From: a virus
Lineage: Duplodnaviria > Caudoviricetes
Strand: one strand, 5' to 3'
Virus record (IMG/VR): IMGVR_UViG_2974707348_000001
Location: 1-64,000 of that record
DNA: 64,000 nucleotides
The notes below the pieces were generated by a model, which saw only the letters and a program-made list of their open reading frames with translations, did not search any database and had not been told where the DNA came from. Of the stretch, positions 33,439 through 44,300 are shown in pieces. A program made the translations under genes and the position numbers. Each line of letters opens with the position of its first letter. The stretch's first letter is position 1.

Positions 33439-33846
33439 GTGAAAGAGGGAATAACAATGTATAACTCAACCTTTAGAGAAAGACCACTAAGAACAAACGC
33501 ACCAGTACAGCCGAATAAAGGAGTTATGATGGACAATAAAAGAATTTCTGAAATCGTTGACGAAGAAATGATAAAGCAAGATGCAAACAGATATCGTAAT
33601 ATGAGGAAAATTCTCACGATTCCGAAAAGCATTGCGGATGAGTTGGATGAAATTTTTATTACATTCATCAGAGAACAACATAGTTCTAGTGTTTGGCATT
33701 TTCTGTGGCGAGCAGAGGAAATAGACTGGGAAATCGGTGAACAGTTATCGGCATTACTACCAGATGAAAACCAAGTTAATATCGCTGTCGCCTACCTCGC
33801 AGGAAAAGCTCTTGGAGTTGATTTAGTAGAGGTGGTGGAAGAATGA
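33439..33846 (+). CDS. prophage-type hypothetical protein (TIPKSIA..AYLAGKALGVDLVEVVE family)
   Basis: ORF translationally coupled to the MTase; true start may be downstream. Confidence 0.65.
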   Translation: MKEGITMYNSTFRERPLRTNAPVQPNKGVMMDNKRISEIVDEEMIKQDANRYRNMRKILTIPKSIADELDEIFITFIREQHSSSVWHFLWRAEEIDWEIGEQLSALLPDENQVNIAVAYLAGKALGVDLVEVVEE

Positions 33847-34682
33847 TTGAATTAAATAAGATTTATAATGAGGACTGTTTAGAAGGAATGAAGCGGATAC
33901 CTGACGGTAGTATTGATATGATTTTATGTGATTTGCCATACGGAACGACCGCTTGCACATGGGACGAAATTATTCCTTTCAAACCCTTATGGGAGCAGTA
34001 TGAAAGAGTTATTAAAGATAACGGTGCGATAGTTCTCACAGCTAGTCAACCATTTACGAGCAAGCTAGTTAGTAGTAATATCAAATGGTTTAAGCATGAA
34101 TGGATATGGGAAAAACAACGTGCATCAAATTTTATGAGAGCTAATCATGAACCTTTAAAATATCATGAAAATATACTAGTATTTTCAAAGGGGTCACTGA
34201 ACATCAACCCACAAAGGTACAAAGTATTGGAAATAGACGAAATTATGAACATGACTAAAAAACAAATGGAAGGAATGATGAAATCAAAAGATTATGATAG
34301 GTTTGGAAAAGTCGATAGGAGAAAAACAGTCAAAGACCCAGACGAAAATAAAGAATATCTTGGTTCAGAAATTAAGAGAGTAAGAAACGCAGATGACGGT
34401 TTTAGAAACCCAAAAAGTGTACTTAAAATAAATAATAAACTGCATGGTAATATACATCCAACACAAAAACCTGTTCACTTATTTGAATACCTAATTAGGA
34501 CTTATACAAATAAAGGCGACACCGTCCTAGATAATTGCATAGGTTCAGGTACAACGGCAATTGCGTGCTTAAATACTGAACGAAATTTTATTGGATTTGA
34601 ATTAGACAAAGAATACTTTGAAGGTGCACAAGATAGAGTTGAAGAAAGAAAAAGTCAAATGAGTTTATTTGACGAGGTCTAA
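33843..34682 (+). CDS. DNA amino-methyltransferase (N6A/N4C, beta class)
   Basis: EDCLEGM, DLPY, HPTQKP, LDNCIGSGTT. Confidence 0.92.
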   Translation: MIELNKIYNEDCLEGMKRIPDGSIDMILCDLPYGTTACTWDEIIPFKPLWEQYERVIKDNGAIVLTASQPFTSKLVSSNIKWFKHEWIWEKQRASNFMRANHEPLKYHENILVFSKGSLNINPQRYKVLEIDEIMNMTKKQMEGMMKSKDYDRFGKVDRRKTVKDPDENKEYLGSEIKRVRNADDGFRNPKSVLKINNKLHGNIHPTQKPVHLFEYLIRTYTNKGDTVLDNCIGSGTTAIACLNTERNFIGFELDKEYFEGAQDRVEERKSQMSLFDEV

Positions 34683-34734
34683 GAATGACCGAAAAACTAA
34701 TATCAATGGTCAATGACTGGTGGGGAGGGATTAA

Positions 34735-35028
34735 ATGAACGAAAGAAAATCATTATATGTCAAACCAATAAATGAAATACACGATAGTGGGTTCAAAATG
34801 TTAGAAGTTGGCTATGTAAACAATGGAGAATACAACGCCATAGGACGATGTTCTGATGTTATAAACTTTGGTTTTTATGGGATGGATGTTGTGCCAAAAG
34901 ATTTAAATGTTGATGTGAGTCCAAACGGGGTGGTAAATATTTGGTCATTTAATGATGAACTTGAATGGAAAAGACCGATTTTATCTAATGCTCAAGTGAT
35001 TGTTAAAAACAAGGAGGATAACCAATGA
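34735..35028 (+). CDS. hypothetical protein
   Basis: GGAGG RBS. Confidence 0.65.
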   Translation: MNERKSLYVKPINEIHDSGFKMLEVGYVNNGEYNAIGRCSDVINFGFYGMDVVPKDLNVDVSPNGVVNIWSFNDELEWKRPILSNAQVIVKNKEDNQ

Positions 35029-35217
35029 AACTTTTATGTAAGCTGTTCGGGCATAAGTGGGATGATTTCCCAGTTGATGTTTATGGGACTGTCATCTGTG
35101 AAAGATGCGGAATTGAGTCGAAAGATTGTTTGGAGTAAAAAATTCCATTCACAAGATTTCAACTGCTCAGACCTTGACGAGTCTGATAACGTGTTCGGGG
35201 AGAAAAAAAATAAATGA
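35025..35217 (+). pseudogene. DUF1660-like gene, frameshifted
   Basis: MKLLCKLFGHKW..CERCG stops at 35138; the expected tail DFNCSDLDESDNVF continues in another frame. Confidence 0.6.
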
Positions 35218-35391
35218 ATGAACCATTAAAATATCGCATTTTAAGAAAATTAAAGCAGTTATTCTGTTTTAATCATGATTGGTATGTTTGGGTAAATAAA
35301 AAAGATAGAACTTGTCTAAAATGTGATAAAACAGAAAAAGATTTCAACCGCTCAGACTCTCATTAGTCTGACAGTGTGTTTAAGGAGGAAT

Positions 35392-38331
35392 ATGATGACA
35401 CAATTTGAAAAAGATTTGGACAAATTATTATATTTAGCAAGTGTTAATAGCAAAGATTATGTGGTAGTATATTCAGAATTTGTAAGAAAATATGAATTAA
35501 TCCTTAATCAAACAATAAATATGAAAGAATTTATAAATGATGTAATTCATGAGTGTGATTATGGTTGTGATAATAATTGTGAACTTGATGGCACTTTAAG
35601 TAGGTATGCAGTTGAAGACTTAAAAGGAACATTAGACAGCATTGAAGGAGAGTATAATGAAAGCTTATAAATTAAGTATTAAAGATGACCCAGACCAAGG
35701 AGAAATAATTGTTTTTGCGAAGACAGCTCGTGAAGCAAAGAATAATTGGCATTGGTACTTGGACGCTGATAACTTCCTCGATAAACTGGTTCATCGTGCA
35801 CCAGAATTTGACGGTATGGAAAATGCTAGTGATATGGAACTTATGACTAAGCAGTGGCAAGAAGGTTGGAGATGGTATGATTGTTATGATATGCCTGATG
35901 TAGAAGAAGATACAGTTGAAGATTTTCAAGCATGGTTCAGAAAGGAATATGGAAATGAATAAATTAATTAAAAAATATATTTTAACAATTATTGCGCTTG
36001 TTCTTGATATTTTTGCAATGGTAATCACAATTTTAACGCTTAATTTAAGTTGGAATCATTTTATCGTGCCAGCTTTTAATGTTCCAAAGCTAGGGTTTTT
36101 ATTAACTTTTGCAATTGTGGTAATGTGGGAGTTATTTGACTTTAGAGTAACGAATACAGGAATTACAACTATTTTATCTAAAACTACAGATACACCCAAC
36201 GAACAGATTGCAGTTGATTATGCTGTAACCAATGTAATGGTTTCATTGACAATCGCATTGGTTCTCTTAGTATTAAGCTTATTTATTTAAACTATCATTA
36301 GATAGTTTTTTGTTTGACTTTTGAATTATATTATGGTATAATATATATTATAAAACATAAGGAGAATTTAAATGGAAAGTAAACTTGATACAATCTATAA
36401 TTTCATTTTTAAAGAAAAAGCACCTAATGATTGGTCAGATAGTTTAAAGTTATTGATGATTACTTCTTACCTTGAATCAGAAATAAAAATTAAACAAGCG
36501 TTAGAAAAAACTAGGAGTGAATTATGGAAAACGAACGTATTCAACAGTTAGCAGAATTTTATGAATGTCAAATGGATGTAACTCTATCTAAAAATGACAA
36601 GGAAGAGTTATTTCAAGTTTATTTAGAATATCAAAAAGAGAGTGCAAAAATAAAGAGTTCAAGAATGATACATTTAGCAAGAAGCTCTGGGAAAACTCAT
36701 CTTATAAGACATTTTGGTGTTCTTGAAATGTTTGAATATATGGAGGCAAAAAATGGAAAGTAAAGAAATATTTACTAAAGCACAACTATCAATCTATCGA
36801 AACCTGCTGATTATCTGGATGAACAATTCAGACCTAAGATTTAATCAGTTTATATCTAATCTTCAAGTAGATTTTAATAATCGGCAGTTTAGAAAATATT
36901 CACGTAGTGATGGAACACCAGATTTGTTCTATTTAAGCGATGAAAAATTCGCAGAATTTTTAGAAGATTTAATAGAGGAGAATAGTTAATGGAATATGGA
37001 AAATCATTTGTACACAATGGATTAAAATACCAGCGCTCAGAGGACACGGTTCTCTTTACACTTCGAAATAAAAACAACCAATACATTGGAATTGATTTAG
37101 GTCGTAATGGTAATGAATTTGTTATCGAAAAGACCGTCTTAACAACGAGTGACGAAGCGTTTATTTTTATGATGGATAAAGAGATTTTTAAAGAAAAAGG
37201 AATCTCTAACACAATTGCTATGTTACGTAAAGAGGCTAGTAACAAAATGAACTATGCAGGATTTAAGCCAGTCATGGTGTAGGGAGACTAATATGGTACG
37301 ATATTTAGTACAATGGAAGAATGGGGAAAGTTTTACCAATCATGGATTCTTTCGAACAAGTGAACAGGCATTTGAGTCAATCCAAGACTGGTGGGAACTC
37401 AATAGTTTTAAACCTAACTATGTTCGTGTTCTTGGTGAAGACGACACAATCAAAGCAATTGACTATGGAAGTTATACATCATTTTATTATATTATTCCAG
37501 TAACAGAGGATACCTTTAGTGATTTATTAACTAATGGTGTGGAAGCATATGGGATGAATGTAAACTGGAATAAATATAAAAGTAATTAAATTGTAATTGA
37601 CTTTATTCTTTGAATATGGTATAATTATTATATAAAGTTAAGGAGAAACGTAAATGAACATAAAACAAATTTTAGATATGGAAGTTGTTAAAGAAGTACG
37701 TGTTGATTGGAATGACAATCACGATGGAGTATCTCATTTTGATATCAATACCCTTGATACAGCATTTTTTATGGAGGATGAATGGGATAAAGTAGCAGAA
37801 CACATTATGTATAAATTTGTTATTTATCACAATGTTGATGGTCGAAGAATTTGGGCTTTAGGATATGCAACTTTTGATAACGTTCCATTTATGATTATTC
37901 AAAATGCAGGTCGTGAAGGTGATGATTATGTTCAAGAATATATCTTTAATGAAGAGGTTTATGAACAAGCTGTTGAGTTGCTACTTGATATTCAAAGAGA
38001 TATTCCAAGAGGAGTCAGAAAACCATATATTTATAATATTGAAGAACATAATGAGAATTTAAACTCGTTTTATGGTTTGATTCTTAACAAGAATGAAGAG
38101 GACTAGAACATGGAAATTAAACAAAAAGCTGGTAGGTTTGCTGGTATGTCAGGGTGGTTAATTAAAGGTGCAAACATCTCTATTGCGGAAGATGAAATTA
38201 CTGATACACGGAGTGTGGTTTGTTATCCAGACCATCCAGTCGAATCAATCCAAGAAGCAGAGAGTTTGACGGTTTATCTCACAGAAGATGAGTTTGAACT
38301 CTTGAAAAAGATTTTCAGAATTGAGGAATAG
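35392..38331 (+). CDS. cluster of small hypothetical ORFs (e.g. ~35657-35962, ~35955-36290 membrane, 36524-36763, 36989-37282, ~37293-37589, 37654-38106, 38110-38331)
   Basis: RBSs, coupling, promoters at ~36314 and ~37597. Confidence 0.6.
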
Positions 38332-38438
38332 AGTTTAACTGACAAGGAAAAGTCAATAACACCCAATCACTATATACATGAGTGCGTGGTCAGCAGAATA
38401 GCTGATGCAGAGTAAGACAACTTATGTATGTAGATTTA

Positions 38439-38575
38439 TATGTCGTTAGTCGTGGTTGACTGATTGAGTAGCTTGATAGATGATTTTCAATGTATGATGA
38501 GACAATATTGTAAAGGATTCTAAATTGTTAATCGGAGAGTGAAAAATTTTGCAGGTTCGATTCCTGTCGACATAG
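38439..38575 (+). ncRNA. long tRNA-like RNA (137 nt)
   Basis: Acceptor TATGTCG/CGACATA; T-arm GCAGG-TTCGATT-CCTGT; ~105-nt interior with no canonical anticodon arm. Confidence 0.65.
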
Positions 38576-38591
38576 TTAAGGAGGTTCTCAT

Positions 38592-39304
38592 ATGAAAGAA
38601 CATATTGTAGTAATTGATGAAGTTCATGAAGATAACATGGAGAAACTAGAAAACATAAATAATGCAAAAGAATCTGTGCAAGCTCTCTCTGACTCTTTTG
38701 TTGAAGCTGGAGAGAAAATGAGAGAATTAGCAGATTCTTTACATGGTGAATCTATTGATGTTTATGACCCATTAACAGATAAACGTAAGAAAGAACAATC
38801 TTTTAAAAACGGTGTAAGTAATCTTAAACATATCAAAAAACGTGGAGGAAAGTGACATGTTAGTTAAAGTAGGAAAACGTATAAAAAACAAAAGGAACAA
38901 AAATTATGAGAATAACTAAATACATCAAAGATAATAATGTTAAAATAGTTGTGTTATTAACAATTATTACATTAATCATTAGCATTGCATACGCATTTAA
39001 TTATTCATCAAATAAAAAAATAAATGACAAAAAAGAATCAATAAAAACTGAAATTTATTTAAATAAACTTGAAGAATTAAAAGATGAAAATGATAGAATC
39101 TTAGAATTATATCGTGTTACAGATGGAATATCAGAATACGAATATGACACTTATGAAGAAAGAGAATTAAAAAATCTTAAAGACTGGCAAAAAGATAATA
39201 ATATGACAGATGAAGAATATAATGATATGAAAGATTTTGTAGAATTAAATACTGAAACATATAGTGATGTCTATTTTAATCAGCCAACGAGAAATAATTA
39301 CTAA
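38592..39304 (+). CDS. two hypothetical ORFs (38592-38855; 38906-39304 with an N-terminal TM)
   Basis: RBSs. Confidence 0.6.
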
Positions 39305-39404
39305 AAATAATGACTTTATTCTTGACAAGTGTTTAAGGATATGATATAATATATACATAGAGTCAGGGTAATAACCCACACGAACTCGAAAAGGAGAAAA
39401 CATA

Positions 39405-40481
39405 ATGACAATTATCAACGTAAGCGACACTTTTCAAATCTTTCCAGATGACCTTAAAACATTTGACAAACTTCCTAAGGGAACATATACAGTTCGATTT
39501 AATAAAATGGAAGGCTTCTCTCTTATTAAGCGTGAGAATCTAACTGTTGACGAAAAAATGTATGGTAATCATAAAGAAAAAGCTGAAAAAGCTCTTAAAA
39601 CATTTGGTCTCTTTGACCGTTCTATGGGAATTATTTTATCGGGAGATAAGGGTATTGGTAAAACAATGTTTACACGCTACCTTGCAAATCAGTTTGTTGA
39701 AACTAAAGAACTTCCTGTTATTCTAATTGACCAAGCCTACTTTGGTATTGCAGACTTCCTTTCATCTATCAAACAAGAAGCAATGATTTTATTTGATGAG
39801 TTTGAGAAAGTATTTGATGAACGCAATGACAATTCTGAAAGTCAAGATTCATTACTTGGTTTGTTTGATGGTCTATCAAGTACAAAACACATGTATGTAA
39901 TCACTGTGAATGACCTACATAGATTGAGTAGTTTTATGCAAAATCGTACAGGACGTTTCCATTATCATTTCCGATTCAAATATCCTAAAGGTCAAGAAGT
40001 TCGTGATTACATCCATGACCACGTTCAAGACATTGATGAATCAGTTTTAGATAAAATTGTTGACTTTAGCACAAAAGTTAAAGTTACATTTGATACACTT
40101 CGTTCAATTGCTTTTGAAGTAGCAAATGGACATAACTTTTCTGAAACTATTGAAGACCTTAATATCAGTCAAGGAGACGCTTCTCAATACTCTATCTTGG
40201 TTAAACTTAAAGATGGAACAATTCATAAAGTTCAAGATAAGTACGAAGTTGATTTATTCGAAGATTTTGTAAAATTTGGTGGTCATATTGATGGAGAATG
40301 GGTTAAGTTTGTCTTTGAATCTAAGAACTTACACTCAATTGCGTCCGAGGATGGATACCTTGTAGACACAGGTATTGAAGCTAAAGTTTATGATGATGAA
40401 GATGGCGAATATGTTCCACTAGAAATCGCCGAGATTCTTCTTAAAATCAACAATGATGCAAACATTAAATATACAGTTTAA
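39405..40481 (+). CDS. AAA+ ATPase
   Basis: GIILSGDKGIGKT, ILFDEFEK, LLGLFDG, NRTGRFHY. Confidence 0.9.
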   Translation: MTIINVSDTFQIFPDDLKTFDKLPKGTYTVRFNKMEGFSLIKRENLTVDEKMYGNHKEKAEKALKTFGLFDRSMGIILSGDKGIGKTMFTRYLANQFVETKELPVILIDQAYFGIADFLSSIKQEAMILFDEFEKVFDERNDNSESQDSLLGLFDGLSSTKHMYVITVNDLHRLSSFMQNRTGRFHYHFRFKYPKGQEVRDYIHDHVQDIDESVLDKIVDFSTKVKVTFDTLRSIAFEVANGHNFSETIEDLNISQGDASQYSILVKLKDGTIHKVQDKYEVDLFEDFVKFGGHIDGEWVKFVFESKNLHSIASEDGYLVDTGIEAKVYDDEDGEYVPLEIAEILLKINNDANIKYTV

Positions 40482-40508
40482 AATATTTAGACACGCAAGT
40501 GTCTATAA

Positions 40509-40581
40509 GGTTCTATAGCTTAGATGGTAAAGCCCTCTGCCCATAACAGAGTTAACGCAGGTTCAAGCCCTGCTAGAACCA
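40509..40581 (+). tRNA. tRNA-Met(CAU) (elongator Met or Ile2)
   Basis: Acceptor GGTTCTA/TAGAACC; anticodon arm CTCTG-CCCATAA-CAGAG; T-loop TTCAAGC. Confidence 0.85.
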
Positions 40582-40629
40582 TTCCCAAAAGGGAAAATAG
40601 ACAGATAGATAGAAAGAGAGGTACTAACC

Positions 40630-41963
40630 ATGATTTTAAAATATGGAGTACATAACGGTAAAGGAGAAACAGTTGTTAATATCGTAGACAACATCACAAG
40701 TGTAGAGGAGGTTGAAGGGAGTAATGCCCCCATCTTCCACCATGAAAGAGGAGATAAACCTCGGACATATTTCGGCAATCTCAAAGAGAATGAATATATT
40801 ATCTTTATGTATTTGATGAACGATGATTTTAAAACAATTAAAATTTACAAGAGGGATTAAACATGAAACGTATAAAAACACAGACTATATCATTTGATAT
40901 GAATGAAGTGAAAGCATTGACAGGTTTTACTTTAAAAAACTCATGGGGGAACTATGTTCTTGAACATGAAAAATATGGAGTTATCCATGACGTCGTTGAA
41001 GGTGAAGATGGAGAATCTTGGACAAATGGTCTGTTTAATTGCCACATGACTGAGTTAGAAGGTGCCCTAAGACATTATGTTCATCAAAATTTTAGTCTTG
41101 ACTATTTCGATATCGTACAGAACGGTCGATTTGAATATGATACTGTTGGGCATACTGTTCAATTCCATTCTGAAAATGAAGTTACAGTATATTTTATTCT
41201 TGAGGATGAAAAATATTGGGAGGTATCTTAATTTACTTTTTATTTTATTGCTTTTAAATATAATATGTAAGGAGAAAATATGGATACAACAACTGCATTA
41301 AAAATAACAGCAACAGCTGTAATTGCGACACTCTTTGAGTATGGATGGTATAAGAGTGTCGAGTGGATTTCTGAATGGAATTATACATGTGGAGTGATAT
41401 GGTTATTAGTGACATTTGCGATACAATTATTTTTAGTTCTTAGATTTACTGGTGATTTTCTTGATTTATTTTAAAGTTTATGCTTGACAAACATTAAAAG
41501 ATATGGTATAATATTTATATAACGCAAGGAGAGAAACATGGAAGAGAAATATATCGAATATCAAACAATGGTAGAAGAAATCATTCTAGGTCGTCGTATT
41601 GTTGTTATTGTTCCAGACAATATGCAAGATTATTCTAGGTTAAATAAAAAGTTAATTAACGATGGAGTTCATTATGAAAATCTATGGCTTGACTTACATA
41701 TGCCAAAAGACAGAATTAACATAATTAAATTAAGTACCTCCAATGGTCGTGAAAAACTTAAGCTTAAACCATTAACATTCTTAGTTGTTACAGACCCTTA
41801 TACTATGGAAGCTCTTGAAGTATATGCTGGTAAGAGTGATATTCTATATGTCGGTATGGATGGAAAAGGTAATTTATTAGATGTAACAGATAATTTAGAG
41901 TATATTTACGACAAATTCTTTCAGCCATTTCAATACTTTGAAGAAGTTCGAGGAGATTTGTAA
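40630..41963 (+). CDS. small hypothetical ORFs (40630-40860, 40863-41231, 41280-41474, 41538-41963)
   Basis: RBSs; promoter at ~41484. Confidence 0.6.
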
Positions 41964-42058
41964 GATTAAATAATTTAAAAAAAATTCAACTTTATACTTG
42001 ACATTATATCAAAATTATGGTATAATATTAATATAGTCAAGTGAGAGAGGTTGATTGA

Positions 42059-42658
42059 ATGAAAGAAATTGATTCAAAAGAGTTCTTTCCTATAAAAAGA
42101 TATGAAGGTATTTATGAAATCAATACTAACGGAGATATTCGTTCAGTAGATAGAATAATAACAACTAAAGGAAGCAATGGAAGGGGCTCTTACACTTCTC
42201 ATAAAAAGGGAGTTCCAATGAAGAGTTTTCAAAATGGTAGTGGTTATCTTCAAATTAGATTAAGTGTAAATGGTAAATGTAGAATGGAATATGTACATTG
42301 TCTTGTATATGATACTTTCATTGGTATCGAAGATAAGAAAAATGATATAGACCACTTAGACCATAACAAATTAAATTGTTCATTGAATAATTTAGAGGAA
42401 ATAACCCATAAAGAAAATATGAGAAGAATGCGTAAATTCTATGGTATAGAAGCTAAACCCAAAGAAAAGAAAAGCCGAAGAACTTATACATATGATGAAA
42501 TGAAGGAAGCTCTTGAAAGACTTAAAGCTGAACCAATGTCTAAGGTCTGTAAAGACTATGGAATTTCTGATAAAGGTTTATCAAAAAGACTTAAGAGTGT
42601 AGGTCTTCCATATCAAATGAAGGAAATAAATAAATACTTTAATAACAACTTCTTCTAG
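42059..42658 (+). CDS. free-standing NUMOD4-HNH endonuclease adjacent to the tRNA island
   Basis: YEGIYEINTNGDIRSVDR; VHCLV..IDHLDHNKLNCSLNNLE. Confidence 0.88.
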   Translation: MKEIDSKEFFPIKRYEGIYEINTNGDIRSVDRIITTKGSNGRGSYTSHKKGVPMKSFQNGSGYLQIRLSVNGKCRMEYVHCLVYDTFIGIEDKKNDIDHLDHNKLNCSLNNLEEITHKENMRRMRKFYGIEAKPKEKKSRRTYTYDEMKEALERLKAEPMSKVCKDYGISDKGLSKRLKSVGLPYQMKEINKYFNNNFF

Positions 42659-42667
42659 TTGTTATCT

Positions 42668-42740
42668 GCTCGGTTGGTGAAGCTGGATATCATGCAAAAT
42701 TTCTAATTTTGTGTCAAGGGTTCAAATCCCTTACTGAGTA
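42668..42740 (+). tRNA. tRNA-Arg(UCU)
   Basis: Acceptor GCTCGGT/ACTGAGT; anticodon arm CAAAA-TTTCTAA-TTTTG; T-arm AAGGG-TTCAAAT-CCCTT. Confidence 0.85.
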
Positions 42741-42781
42741 TATCAAGTCAATCTTGATTGATTTCTTTATTAGATTAAATG

Positions 42782-42864
42782 AAGTGGTGGAGGTACAGAT
42801 GAATCTGTAACGTACACATGGGTTGGGGGTACGGTAAGTAGTGTAGCTTATCGCTCGACCATTT
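42782..42864 (+). ncRNA. four-way cloverleaf RNA of unknown type
   Basis: Closing stem AAGTGGT/ACCATTT enclosing three hairpins. Confidence 0.5.
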
Positions 42865-42871
42865 TTATTAA

Positions 42872-43217
42872 GGGGATGTAAAGGTTTCGACAGACTATGG
42901 CAATCTCAAATCACATTCCGACAGGGATAGTCGTAAAAACCAAACTAAATATAATTGCAAATACTCAATTAGCTGTAGCCTAAGCTACAAAAAAGTTTAA
43001 GTAATTAAACAGCTAGTAACTGAGACATCGGTAGGTCACTAGTACAAAACAGATGTGTGATGGATTCTGATAAGTCACGATTAACAATCAGAACAGAGTT
43101 AGTAGATAGTTGTTTATTCAAGAAACTAACAATGTGTATCCAATGAATAAACTATGAATGTAAGAAAGTTTTAAGATATGTATAGTTTGGACGCGGATTC
43201 GATTTCCGCCATCTCCA
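42872..43217 (+). ncRNA. ssrA: tmRNA
   Basis: 5' GGGGATGTAAAGGTTTCGAC; 3' GACGCGGATTCGATTTCCGCCATCTCCA with G3.U70; resume context ATAATT-GCA, tag ANTQLAVA* at 42957-42983. Confidence 0.93.
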
Positions 43218-43309
43218 TCATGTTTTTAAAACATATTTAAAAAACATATTACTTTATACTTGACAAACATTAAAAAATGTGTTATAATAGTATATAGTGA
43301 TTATTAAAT

Positions 43310-43461
43310 GAAATAGAGTGCGAGGTCAGTCATATCATTATGATAGTGGACTGAATGACTAGAGTAAAAAGACTAACAATCTTCTAGTCTTAGAATAGGC
43401 AAGTTCCGTTCAATGTCGCCCAAGATTTCGGTTGGAGAAACTGAGAAGACAGCTTTATTTC
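43310..43461 (+). ncRNA. structured ~150-nt RNA at the start of a promoter-driven RNA operon
   Basis: Closing stem GAAATAGAGT/GCTTTATTTC with internal hairpins; promoter at 43260-43288. Confidence 0.5.
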
Positions 43462-43465
43462 TAAA

Positions 43466-43538
43466 GGTTTGTTGGTGTAGTGGTTATCACGCTTGCCTGT
43501 CACGCAAGAGAACACGGGTTCGAATCCCGTACGAGCCG
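43466..43538 (+). tRNA. tRNA-Asp(GUC)
   Basis: Anticodon arm CTTGC-CTGTCAC-GCAAG; T-arm ACGGG-TTCGAAT-CCCGT. Confidence 0.92.
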
Positions 43539-43715
43539 TAGATAAGATAGTAATACGAGTCTTATCGCCCTCTAGGGTTCACTGTAATGCCTAGGGTAAA
43601 AGGCTTTAGCCTAGTCCAGTATGGTAGTTTTAGTAACTTTATAACAAAGTTCTAAAGTCATCGAGGATATTGGACTAATGTAACACTACTAAATGTTAGA
43701 AAGTTAGTAGTCAAA

Positions 43716-43777
43716 GGTTAACGAGTGGTAGCAGTAGTTATTAAATGTTCAGCTGATGAAGTGGACAGCCAAGTATA
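43716..43777 (+). repeat. 62-nt structured RNA repeat, copy 1
   Basis: 59/62 identical to 45882-45943. Confidence 0.9.
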
Positions 43778-43905
43778 GGGTGCTTAGGATAATAATAAAG
43801 ATAGTCCTAATTGTTAAATGAGTAAAACTATCCAAGTCGACGGAAACTAACAGCCCTTTGTATATTATATGTCAGTGAACCTTTAACGTAGCTGGCATAT
43901 AATAA

Positions 43906-43977
43906 CAGGATATAGTGTTAATGGTAGCATGCGTGTTTTGGGAACATGTAGTGTTGGTTCGAGTCCAGCTATCCTGA
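43906..43977 (+). tRNA. tRNA-Pro(UGG)
   Basis: Acceptor CAGGATA/TATCCTG; anticodon arm CGTGT-TTTGGGA-ACATG. Confidence 0.9.
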
Positions 43978-44182
43978 TGAGTGGTGTATAGTCCACACGT
44001 AAAGTGTCTAATCGGTGTACAACGTATGGCACAACTATACAAGCATGAGAGTATGATAAATACCTGACGGGTGTAGCTACTATTTGTTATAACTACTTAT
44101 GTTAGTTACCAGAAACCTAGTGTATTAAATGTCACAGGGTAAAGGATAGGAACAAAGACCTATCGAATAAGTGACAGCTGGT

Positions 44183-44241
44183 TAGAGTAATAGGTTGCAA
44201 CAGGTCACGACTGTGGAGGGTCCGAGTCCCTTCTGCTCTGT
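44183..44241 (+). ncRNA. mini tRNA-like RNA 1 (no D-stem or anticodon arm)
   Basis: TAGAGTA/TGCTCTG acceptor, hairpin ACAG/CTGT, T-arm GGAGGG-TCCGAGT-CCCTTC. Confidence 0.5.
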
Positions 44242-44300
44242 TGAGGGAGCATAAACCTGGCGAAAAGTTATGTGGAGGAATAAACCTGGCGAAAAATTCA

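Noticed and set aside
36524-38855. Isolated Walker A (ARSSGKT) and Walker B (VVIDEVH) motifs in two small ORFs as a split ATPase
   Set aside because: 2 kb apart with unrelated genes between them, and too short to form a fold
43753-43848. Hammerhead ribozyme (CTGATGA..GAAAC)
   Set aside because: The second copy reads CTGATGT, stems I-III cannot be built, and the motif sits in a hairpin loop
43826-43850. Resemblance of TATCCAAG..GGAA to the lactococcal antiQ repeat
   Set aside because: Only ~8 nt match to a sequence recalled from memory, and present as a single copy
44183-44241. tRNA-Cys(GCA) call from GTTGCAAC
   Set aside because: GCA lies in the unpaired linker, not in a 7-nt loop on a 5-bp stem; reassigned as a mini tRNA-like RNA
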